This document shows, piece by piece, positions 24,874 to 32,000 of a stretch of 32,000 nt of DNA (its first letter is position 1; every line of letters begins with the position of its first letter). Origin of the DNA: an uncultured Actinomycetes bacterium (lineage in GTDB: Bacteria; Actinomycetota; Thermoleophilia; Solirubrobacterales; Solirubrobacteraceae); NCBI GenBank assembly GCA_963766605.1, contig CAVYAT010000002.1:131439-163438 (forward strand), read 5' to 3'. The notes beneath the pieces were generated by a model, which was given only the letters and a program-made list of their open reading frames with translations, was not told the origin of the DNA and did no database searches. The position numbers were made by a program, and so were the translations under genes.

Positions 24874-26361
24874 TTGAGCCCCAAGCGCCTCGTCCTCGCC
24901 GTGATCGACGGGATGAACCCGTCGGCGGTGCGGGACACCGTCGCCGCCGGCCGGGCACCGTTCCTGGCCGCGGTGATCGAGCGCGGGACGTTCGTCGACG
25001 GGGCGATCGCCGCGTTCCCCTCGGTCACGCCGGTCTGCGCGACGGCGATCGCCACCGGCGTGCGCCAGGACCGCCACGGGATCCCGGGGATGAACTGGTA
25101 CCACCGCGACGAGCAGCGCTACGTCGAGTACGGCTCGTCGCTGCGCGCTGCGCGGCGCGTCGGCATCGCGCGCCAGTTGCTCGACCTCGTCTACGAGATG
25201 AACGGCTCGCACCTGTCGTCGACAACGGTCTTCGAGCGCCTCGACGACCACGGCGTGCGGACCGCCGGCACGACGTACCTGATCTACCGCGGCCGCCACG
25301 AGCAGCAGGTCTCGCGCCGCGGCGGCCTCACGCGGCTGGCGCGGACGATCATGCGCGAGCCGGTGCTGGGCCCCCGCGAGCTGTTCTACGCCGACATCTT
25401 CGAGAGCCGCCCGACCGAATGCCGCTCACAACTCGGCCTTCCCGGCGTCCGCGATCGGCACGCCGGCTGCGTCGGCGCCGAGCTCGTGACCGGCGACCTG
25501 TTCGACTTCCTGTTGCTCTCGCTCCCCGACAACGACTCCCACTCCCACAAGCGCGGCGTCGATGCGCAGACGACGTCGATCGCCCACGCCGACCGCCAGC
25601 TCATGCGGCTTGCCAACGCGGCTGGCGGCCTCGACGCGTTCCTCGACCGCTACGCGGTGATCGCGACCGCCGACCACGGCCAGACGCAGGTCACCGGGCG
25701 CGCCGAGTTGCGCGCGCCGTTCGACAACCTCGGGGTGCTCGAGCCGACGCCGTCGGGCGCGGTTGATCCACAGGCGCTGATCGCGATCTGCCCGTCGCAG
25801 CGCTTCGCGATGCTCTACGTGCTCGACCCCGACCGCCGCGCGCGACTCGTGCCCGACCTCGTGCGTCGGGCGCGCGGAATGGCAGATGTCGACCTCGTCA
25901 TGCACCGCGACGGCGACGAGGGGGTCATCGGCGCCGCCGGGGGCCGCGGGGGGGAGCTGCGCTTCGCCCCCGGTGGCGACCTGCACGACGCGCGCGGCGG
26001 TCGCTGGAGCGTCGACGGCGACCTGGGCGTGATCGAGGCGACGGTTCAAGACGGGCTGCTGCACAGCGACGCCTACCCCGACCCGCTGGGCCGCGTGTGG
26101 GCGGCACTGGCCTGCTCGCGCAGCGGCGAGGTGCTGCTGTCGGCGGCGGACGGGCTCGAGTTCTCCGACTGGGGCGGCGCCGCGCACGTCGGCGGCGGCA
26201 GCCACGGATCGCTGCATCGCAGCGACAGCTTCGGGGCGCTGATGTTCTGCGGGATCGAGCCGCCCGCGGGCCTCCCGCGGGGCGGCGTTTGGGCGATCGA
26301 GGACGTCGCGGACCTGTGCTGTGCCCACTTCGGTGCGGGTACGCTGTCCGCGCATGACTGA
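24874..26361 (+). CDS. Alkaline-phosphatase superfamily protein (type I phosphodiesterase / nucleotide pyrophosphatase-like)
   Basis: 495 aa with a TTG start. LVLAVIDGMNPS is the metal-binding Asp region. FPSVTPVCATAIATG is the nucleophile Thr region. LLLSLPDNDSHSHKRG and ATADHGQT are the distal metal ligands. No TM or signal segment is seen. Confidence 0.85.
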   Translation: MSPKRLVLAVIDGMNPSAVRDTVAAGRAPFLAAVIERGTFVDGAIAAFPSVTPVCATAIATGVRQDRHGIPGMNWYHRDEQRYVEYGSSLRAARRVGIARQLLDLVYEMNGSHLSSTTVFERLDDHGVRTAGTTYLIYRGRHEQQVSRRGGLTRLARTIMREPVLGPRELFYADIFESRPTECRSQLGLPGVRDRHAGCVGAELVTGDLFDFLLLSLPDNDSHSHKRGVDAQTTSIAHADRQLMRLANAAGGLDAFLDRYAVIATADHGQTQVTGRAELRAPFDNLGVLEPTPSGAVDPQALIAICPSQRFAMLYVLDPDRRARLVPDLVRRARGMADVDLVMHRDGDEGVIGAAGGRGGELRFAPGGDLHDARGGRWSVDGDLGVIEATVQDGLLHSDAYPDPLGRVWAALACSRSGEVLLSAADGLEFSDWGGAAHVGGGSHGSLHRSDSFGALMFCGIEPPAGLPRGGVWAIEDVADLCCAHFGAGTLSAHD

Positions 26362-26803
26362 CGACGTCGCCGCCGTCCGCGTCCCTGTCCACCGTCGCGT
26401 GCGCGGCGGCCTTCGCAAGCGCGCGAACTGGTTCGCGCTGCTGCGCTTCGGCCTCGTCGGCGCGAGCGGCTACGTCATCAACCTCGTCGTCTACACGGCG
26501 CTCGTCCACGGCGCCGGGACCGGTTACATCGTTGCGGCGACGATCGCGTGGCTGGTCGCCGTGACCAACAACTTCTGGTGGAACCGCCACTGGACGTTTC
26601 GCGCCGGCGACGGTCGCGTCCGCTTCCAGGCGGCGCGCTTCTTCGTCGTCAGCCTCGTGGCGTTCGGCGTCTCGCTCGTCATCCTGCAGCTGCTGATCGC
26701 CGAGGCCGGGCTGGCGAAGGTCGTCGCCCAGGCGATCGCGGTCGCCGCCGTGACGCCGCTGAACTTCGCCGGCAACAAGCTCTGGAGCTTCGCGTCGCGA
26801 TGA
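26354..26803 (+). CDS. GtrA family membrane protein
   Basis: ATG 26354 overlaps the upstream stop by 8 nt. Sequence: LLRFGLVGASGYVINLVVYTALV...AATIAWLVAVTNNFWWNRHWTF...TPLNFAGNKLWSF. This is the canonical GtrA pattern with four TM spans. Confidence 0.85.
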   Translation: MTDDVAAVRVPVHRRVRGGLRKRANWFALLRFGLVGASGYVINLVVYTALVHGAGTGYIVAATIAWLVAVTNNFWWNRHWTFRAGDGRVRFQAARFFVVSLVAFGVSLVILQLLIAEAGLAKVVAQAIAVAAVTPLNFAGNKLWSFASR

Positions 26804-28614
26804 ACGTCGGAGGTGTGGGGCGTCTGGGCATCGCGGCGATGCTCGCGCTGGCCGTCACGCCGGTGGGGGCGCTCGCCTCGGGCGGCGTGTCGGCTCCCGA
26901 CGCGGCGTCGGGAAACGGCTCCACGACGACCGCCACCGTGACCTCCTCGGGCTTCACCGGCGCGTCGTCGACACAGGTGACCGCGTCGCAGGACCCCGGC
27001 GCGCTGGTCGGCGTCAGCGATCTCACCACGCGCCCGCTCAGCCACTACCTGACCGGCGCGCAGGCCGAGGCGATGGCCGGCGCGATCCCCAAGATCCGCC
27101 ACGCCGAGAAGCGCTACCCCGGTTCCTATCCCGGCGTGTTCATGAAGGGCCCCGACCGCTGGCAGGTCTCCTACTACGCCAAGAGCAAGCCGCTCAAGGA
27201 GATCGGGCAGGTGACGATCCTCGACGGCATCTCGACGCCCAACCACCAGTCCAAGGTGCTCGAGGCGTGGACCGGCTTCCAGGTCCCGTGGACGATGGCC
27301 CGCGGCTACAAGGGCGCGTTCGGCAAGAAGGTCAGCTCGGTCTGGATCTGGATCCCGCTGTGCGTGCTGTTCGTGCTGCCGTTCATCGACCCGCGGCGGC
27401 CGTTTCGCTGGCTGCACCTCGACCTGCTGGTCCTGGTCGGCTTCTCGGCCTCGTTCGCGTATTTCAACAACGGCGTCATCGGCCACTCGGTTCCGATCCT
27501 CTATCCGCTGTTCACGTACCTGCTGGCCCGGATGCTGTGGATCGGGCTGCGCCGCAACGAGAAACCCCACGAACCGCTGAAGCTGCTCGTCCCGGCGAGC
27601 TGGCTGATCGTCGGGATCGTCTTCCTGGTCGGGTTCCGCGTCGGGCTCAACGTCACCAACTCCAACGTCATCGACGTCGGCGACGCCAGCCAGATCGGCG
27701 GCAGCCTGCTCGCCCACGGCCACCAGCTCTACGACAACTTCCCCAGCAACATCTCCCAGGGCGACACCTACGGCCCGGTCGTCTATGAGTCCTACGTCCC
27801 GTTCGTCAAGGCGTTCGGGCTCAACGAGAACCAGCGCCAGGCGACCCACGCAGCGGCGATCGCGTTCGACCTGCTGACCGCGCTGCTGCTGTGGTTCCTG
27901 GGCCGCCGGATCCGCGGCCCGACGCTCGGTGCGGCGCTCGCCTACGCGTGGGTCACCTATCCGTTCACGCTGTTCGTCAGCAACACGAACTCCAACGACG
28001 GCGTCGTCGCGCTGATGCTCGTGCTCGTGCTGCTCGCCTCCTCCAAACCCGCGCTACGCGGCGTGGCCGCGGCGCTCGCCGCGTTCACGAAGTTCGCGCC
28101 GCTGGCGCTCGCGCCGGTGCTCGCGACGCACGAGCGCAAGGTGCGGCCGTTCGTGTTCTTCTGCGTCGCGTTCGCCGTAACGACGGTGCTCGTCTGGCTG
28201 CCGGCCGTCATCCATGGGCCGTCACTGCACGACATCTACAACCGCACGATCGGCTTCCAGGCCGGCCGCGGCGCGCCGTTCTCGGTCTGGGGCTACACGC
28301 CGGGCGGCCTGGGCTCGGGGCCGCAGCACGTCTGGCAGGCGCTGACCGTCGTCGTCGCGCTCGTCCTCGCCGTGGTGCCGCGGCGCCGCGACGTCGTCGG
28401 ACTGGCCGCGTTGTGCGCCGCGATCATGATCATGGTCCAGATGGGGGCGACGTACTGGTTCTACCTCTACATCGCGTGGTTCTTCCCGCTCGTGATCGTC
28501 GCCCTGCTCGGGCAGTCGCCGGAGCCCTCGCCGCGGAGCGGCGACGCACCCGTCCCGATCGCGGAGTCGGCGTCGCCCGAGCCCGAGCCCTCGGACACGC
28601 TCGTCCCGGCCTAG
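26800..28614 (+). CDS. Polytopic GT-C-type (DUF2029/GT87-like) glycosyltransferase with N-terminal extracytoplasmic domain
   Basis: ATG 26800 overlaps the GtrA stop as ATGA; the upstream part of track ORF 26548..28614 is off-target. There is a signal/anchor (LGIAAMLALAVTPVGALA), a ~130-aa soluble domain (PepSY-like by pattern, inference), then at least 9 hydrophobic spans. An acidic loop NVIDVGDASQIGG...GDTYGPVVY follows the early TM spans. The tail is Pro/Glu/Ser-rich. Confidence 0.8.
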   Translation: MNVGGVGRLGIAAMLALAVTPVGALASGGVSAPDAASGNGSTTTATVTSSGFTGASSTQVTASQDPGALVGVSDLTTRPLSHYLTGAQAEAMAGAIPKIRHAEKRYPGSYPGVFMKGPDRWQVSYYAKSKPLKEIGQVTILDGISTPNHQSKVLEAWTGFQVPWTMARGYKGAFGKKVSSVWIWIPLCVLFVLPFIDPRRPFRWLHLDLLVLVGFSASFAYFNNGVIGHSVPILYPLFTYLLARMLWIGLRRNEKPHEPLKLLVPASWLIVGIVFLVGFRVGLNVTNSNVIDVGDASQIGGSLLAHGHQLYDNFPSNISQGDTYGPVVYESYVPFVKAFGLNENQRQATHAAAIAFDLLTALLLWFLGRRIRGPTLGAALAYAWVTYPFTLFVSNTNSNDGVVALMLVLVLLASSKPALRGVAAALAAFTKFAPLALAPVLATHERKVRPFVFFCVAFAVTTVLVWLPAVIHGPSLHDIYNRTIGFQAGRGAPFSVWGYTPGGLGSGPQHVWQALTVVVALVLAVVPRRRDVVGLAALCAAIMIMVQMGATYWFYLYIAWFFPLVIVALLGQSPEPSPRSGDAPVPIAESASPEPEPSDTLVPA

Positions 28615-29409
28615 CCCGAAGCCGGGCGCAGGACCTGGGTCGATCGCCGTTGCGCGCCGCTGCCGCGGCGCACAGTCGATCAGCACGCCGTTGAGCCACG
28701 GGTCATCGTCGGAGGTCTCGAAGCGCACCGACATCATCGTGCGCAGCGACTCGATCGCCTGCTCCTTCTTGACGCCGATCACGCCGCCGCGCGGGCCGGT
28801 CATCCCGACGTCGGTGATGTACGCCGTGCCCCTGGGCAGTACGCGGGCGTCGGCCGTCGGGACGTGCGTGTGGGTGCCGACCACGGCGGTCACGCGGCCG
28901 TCGAGGTACCAGCCCAGCGCGACCTTCTCGCTCGTCGCCTCGGCGTGCATGTCGACGAGGATGTGGTCGGCGCGGCCCTCCAGGCGATCGAGCACCGCGT
29001 CGGCTTCGGGGAACGCGGGGCGCCCGGCGCGCAGGAACACGTTGCCCGACAGGTTCACGACGCCGAGTCGCACGCCGTCGCGCTCGACGACGCACGAGCC
29101 GTGACCGGGCTGGGTGGCGAGGAAGTTGGCCGGGCGCAGGATCGTGTCGTGGTCGTCGAGGTAGGGGAAGATCTCGCGGCGGTGGTAGGTGTGGTTGCCG
29201 AGCGTGATGACGTCGACGCCGGCCGCGAACAGCTCGTCGGCGATCGCCGGCGTGATGCCCAGGCCGCCGGCGGCGTTCTCGCCGTTGACGACGACGAACG
29301 TCGGCTTGAGCTCCTCGCGCAGCGGTCCGAGCAGCCCGAGCAGCGTGCGCCGGCCCAGTCCGCCGACGATGTCTCCGACGAACAGGATCGATGCGGAGGC
29401 GTCGGGCAC
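28222..29409 (-). CDS. ymdB: YmdB-like metallophosphoesterase (2',3'-cyclic-nucleotide phosphodiesterase family); conserved part ends near 28640 but the ORF stays open to 28222
   Basis: [14 protein letters not shown]...[15 protein letters not shown]...[11 protein letters not shown]...VVNLSGNVF...[42 protein letters not shown]...[11 protein letters not shown]...GVIGV...[10 protein letters not shown]...ATAID. The remaining ~135 codons are Arg/Asp/Gly-rich and antisense to the GT-C gene. Confidence 0.85.
   Translation of the reverse strand: MPDASASILFVGDIVGGLGRRTLLGLLGPLREELKPTFVVVNGENAAGGLGITPAIADELFAAGVDVITLGNHTYHRREIFPYLDDHDTILRPANFLATQPGHGSCVVERDGVRLGVVNLSGNVFLRAGRPAFPEADAVLDRLEGRADHILVDMHAEATSEKVALGWYLDGRVTAVVGTHTHVPTADARVLPRGTAYITDVGMTGPRGGVIGVKKEQAIESLRTMMSVRFETSDDDPWLNGVLIDCAPRQRRATAIDPGPAPGFGLGRDERVRGLGLGRRRLRDRDGCVAAPRRGLRRLPEQGDDHEREEPRDVEVEPVRRPHLDHDHDRGAQRGQSDDVAAPRHHGEDERDDDGQRLPDVLRPRAQAARRVAPDRERRAAAGLEADRAVVDVVQ
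28605..28626. terminator. 6-bp hairpin spanning the GT-C gene stop codon (weak candidate terminator)
   Basis: CCCGGC (28605-28610), 10-nt loop containing TAG 28612-14, GCCGGG (28621-28626). Confidence 0.35.
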
Positions 29410-29441
29410 GCCGCATACTCTGGCGCAGGAGCGTCATCGGC

Positions 29442-30804
29442 GTGACCGAGCAGCCAACGCAGACGGGCGAGGAGCCCGGGCAGGAGACCGACGGATCGGC
29501 CGCCGAGCAGGCCGCGCCGCGCGCGCCCGACGCCGATCACGACCACGATCCGCTGCCGTCGGGTGTCGCGCCATGGGTCGTGCCGCGCTGGATCCAGCAT
29601 GTCGCGCTGCCGCTGGCGATCCTCGCGATCTGGGTGCTGATCTGGGCGGCGGGCGACGGTCCTCCTGCTGTTCATCGCCGCCGCCGTGATCGCGCTGATC
29701 CTCAACCCGGCGGTCGGCTTCTTCGAGCACCGTCTGCGGTTCCCGCGCGGGCTTGCCGTCCCGACCGTCTACCTGTGCTTCTTCGCGCTGCTGATCGGCG
29801 CGGGCTTCGCGCTTTCGGGACCGATCTCCGAGCAGGTCTCGAAGTTCCAGCACGACATCCCGCACATCGCAGACTCGGCGAACCGGACGCTGGCCAACCT
29901 CCAGAAGTGGCTCAACGACCAGGGCATCCACGTCCAGATCGTCAAGCAGGGCAAGACCGCGTTGCAGACGCTGCAGGAGAAGGCAGGCGCCGGCGCCGGC
30001 AGCATCGTCAACTTCGGCGGCGACCTGCTGACGCGCCTCGTCACGGCCGGGTTCCACCTCGTCCTGGTGTTCGTGTTGTCGGTCTACATGCTCATCTACG
30101 GACCGAAGATCGGCGAGACGGCGCGGTCGTGGATGCCGCCCGGCGACGGCTCCGAGGAGGACGATTACCCGTCGCGCGTGCAGCGCGCGGTGTCGGGCTA
30201 CGTCCGGGCGCAGTTCCTGTTCAGCCTCGCGATGGGTCTCGGCGCCGGGATCGGGCTTTACATCTTCGGCGTGCTCGGGATCTTCCCGAGCGGCAAGACG
30301 TATGCCGTCGCGTTCGGCGTGTTCTTCGGCTTCATGGAGCTCGTGCCGTTCATCGGCCCGTTCCTCGGCGCGCTGCCGCCCGTGCTGGTGGCGCTGTTCC
30401 AGGACCCGATATCGGCGCTGTGGGTCGCGCTGCTGTTCCTCGCGCTGCAGCAGCTCGAGGGCCATGTCGTCGCGCCCCAGATCTTCGGGCACACGCTACG
30501 CATCAACCCGATCCTCGTCATCTTCGCGCTGCTCGTCGGCGGCGCGGTGGCGGGGTTCATCGGAGCGCTGATCGCGCTGCCGACCGCCGCCGTGATCCGC
30601 GAGACCGTGATCTACCTGCGCCGCCACATCGTCTTCGAGCCGTGGGACGACGCGACGCCGTTGACGGTCATCGGGGCCATAGCGCCCGCGCCGCGGCGCG
30701 CCGTGCGCTGCCCGGCCTGCGATGCGGTGGCCGCGGCGGGCGACGAGTACTGCCGCGCGTGCGGCCGTGCGCTGCACCCCGAAGCAGTAGCGTCCGAAGT
30801 GTGA
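29442..30804 (+). pseudogene. AI-2E (PerM/UPF0118) family transporter with C-terminal CxxC...CxxC zinc-ribbon; one frame change between TM1 and TM2 as sequenced
   Basis: TM1 ([26 protein letters not shown]) is in the 29391 frame. [35 protein letters not shown]... continues in the 29686 frame, which has a stop at 29638-40 upstream. The switch lies within 29644-29660 (ggcggcgggcgacgg). The core motif [22 protein letters not shown]...[15 protein letters not shown] is present. The tail is [20 protein letters not shown]. Confidence 0.85.
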
Positions 30805-31500
30805 CCGCGATCAGCGCCCGCGGGGTGACGAAGCGTTTCGGGTCGCGGACCGCGCTGCGCGGGGTGAGCTTCACCGCCGAGCCCGGCGAGCGCCTGGCGG
30901 TGATCGGCCCCAACGGCGCGGGCAAGACGACGCTGCTGTCGATCCTCGCGGGAATGCAGCGCGCCGACGAGGGCGACGTCGAACCGCACCGCCAAGCAGG
31001 TCGGCTGGGTGCCCCAGCAACCAGCCGTCTATTCGAAGCTGTCGGTGGCCGAGAACCTGCGGCTGTTCGCGCGGCTGGAGAAGCTCTCCGACGTCGAGCC
31101 GGTCGTCGGGCGGATGCTCGACCAGACGGGACTGCGCGAGCGCGCCGACGACGAGCTGTCGACGCTGTCGGGCGGCAACCGCCAGCGCGTGAACATCGCC
31201 GTCGGGCTGCTCGCCGCGCCCCCGGTCGTACTGCTCGACGAGCCGTCATCGTCACTTGACCCGCGCCAGCGCGAGCGCCTGTGGGAGTTCATCTCGGGCC
31301 TGGCGCAGGGCGGCACGACGGTCGTCTTCTCGACCCACAACGTCAACGAGGCCGAACGCTACGCGGACCGCCTGCTGGTGCTCGCCGACGGCGACCTGAT
31401 CTTCAGCGGCACGCCGGCCGCCCTGCACGCCGCCGTCGACGGCGCGTCGACCGACTTCGAGAGCGCGTTCGTCGCGTACCTGCGCGAGAAGGGCCACTAG
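30801..31500 (+). pseudogene. ABC transporter ATP-binding protein; one frame change between Walker A and the Q-loop as sequenced
   Basis: GTG 30801 overlaps the AI-2E stop as [53 protein letters not shown]...GDVE is in frame 0. (K)[21 protein letters not shown]...[32 protein letters not shown]...VVFSTHNVNEA is in the 31009 frame. The switch lies at ~30984-30996. Confidence 0.85.
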
Positions 31501-32000
31501 ATGCGCTGGCTGCTGCTCAAGGACCTGCAGATCCTGCGCCGCTCGCCGCTGCTCGTCGGGCTGCTCGTCGCCTACGGACTGCTGATCGGCGCGCTCATCG
31601 GGATCGGCCTGTCGCGGCCCGAGTCGCGGCCCAAGGTCGCGTTCATCAATGAGATCCCGGCGTCCAAGAAGAAGGTCGACCTGGGCAGCATCACGATCAA
31701 CACCGACGACTACATCAGGCAGCTGTTCGCCGCCGTCGACCCCGTGTACGTCAAGACCCGCCAGGAGGCGATCGACCAGGTCAAGTCGGGCGCCGTGACG
31801 GCCGCGGTCGTGATCCCGGCCAACATCACCGACCGCCTCCAGCAGCTGATCAACATCCCGGGCTCGGCCCCGCCGCCTACGGTCGACGTCTACTACTCAA
31901 ACGCCGACCCGCTCAAGCGCCAGGGCGTCGAGACGCGGATCAACTCACGCCTCGCCGACGCCAACAACGCGATCGGCAAGCAGATCATCGCGCTGGCGAC
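31501..32000 (+). CDS. ABC-2 type transporter permease (N-terminal part, runs off window)
   Basis: ATG 31501 immediately follows TAG 31498-31500. My translation: MRWLLLKDLQILRRSPLLVGLLVAYGLLIGALIGIGLSRPESRPKVAFINEIP...AIDQVKSGAVTAAVVIPANITDRLQ... This is one TM span followed by a large extracytoplasmic loop, as in ABC-2/YhgE-type permeases. It is absent from the ORF track because there is no stop in the window. Confidence 0.75.
   Translation, partial: MRWLLLKDLQILRRSPLLVGLLVAYGLLIGALIGIGLSRPESRPKVAFINEIPASKKKVDLGSITINTDDYIRQLFAAVDPVYVKTRQEAIDQVKSGAVTAAVVIPANITDRLQQLINIPGSAPPPTVDVYYSNADPLKRQGVETRINSRLADANNAIGKQIIALA

Noticed and set aside
1-32000. Scan for CRISPR arrays, rRNA, IS elements, integrases, and toxin-antitoxin or known defence genes
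   Set aside because: I saw no regularly spaced direct repeats with unique spacers, no rRNA-like conserved blocks, and no transposase, integrase, recombinase or defence-type ATPase or nuclease motifs in any credible frame.

Overview
High-GC bacterial chromosomal window. Hand counts on a few 60-nt lines give roughly 53-82% G+C, and it is patchy. The gene content looks actinobacterial, which is inference only. I support about 30 protein-coding genes. I found no rRNA, intact tRNA, CRISPR array, transposase or integrase. Left third (1-9.5 kb): surface and secreted proteins (collagen-like, Ig-like repeat, beta-helix), an FAD oxidoreductase, a SAM methyltransferase and a very long membrane-tethered SARP-type regulator (wHTH-BTAD-TM-beta-propeller-SBP5) that is readable only across five frame changes. 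Its divergent promoter carries three (T/G)CCAACC heptads at 10-11 bp spacing. This regulator plus candidate operator plus small anchored protein and beta-helix gene is my best candidate for an under-described system. Middle (9.5-14.1 kb): a patch of small mixed-orientation genes with unusually long non-coding gaps, a pair of ~48-nt repeats, a truncated gene on the left and a tRNA-3'-half-like fragment on the right, possibly a relic island. Right half: housekeeping and envelope genes. These include a delta-60/PKD secreted protein, membrane proteins, DUF2252, an AlkZ/YcaQ-like glycosylase, LysE, a bifunctional nuclease, aminotransferase-ddl, a DUF4126-phosphodiesterase-GtrA-GT-C operon, ymdB, and an AI-2E transporter with an ABC exporter. 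Several otherwise recognisable genes need 1-nt frame corrections (SARP x5, beta-helix, AI-2E, ABC ATPase). From sequence alone I cannot tell genuine decay from assembly indels. Many long ORFs in the track are high-GC antisense or off-frame artefacts.
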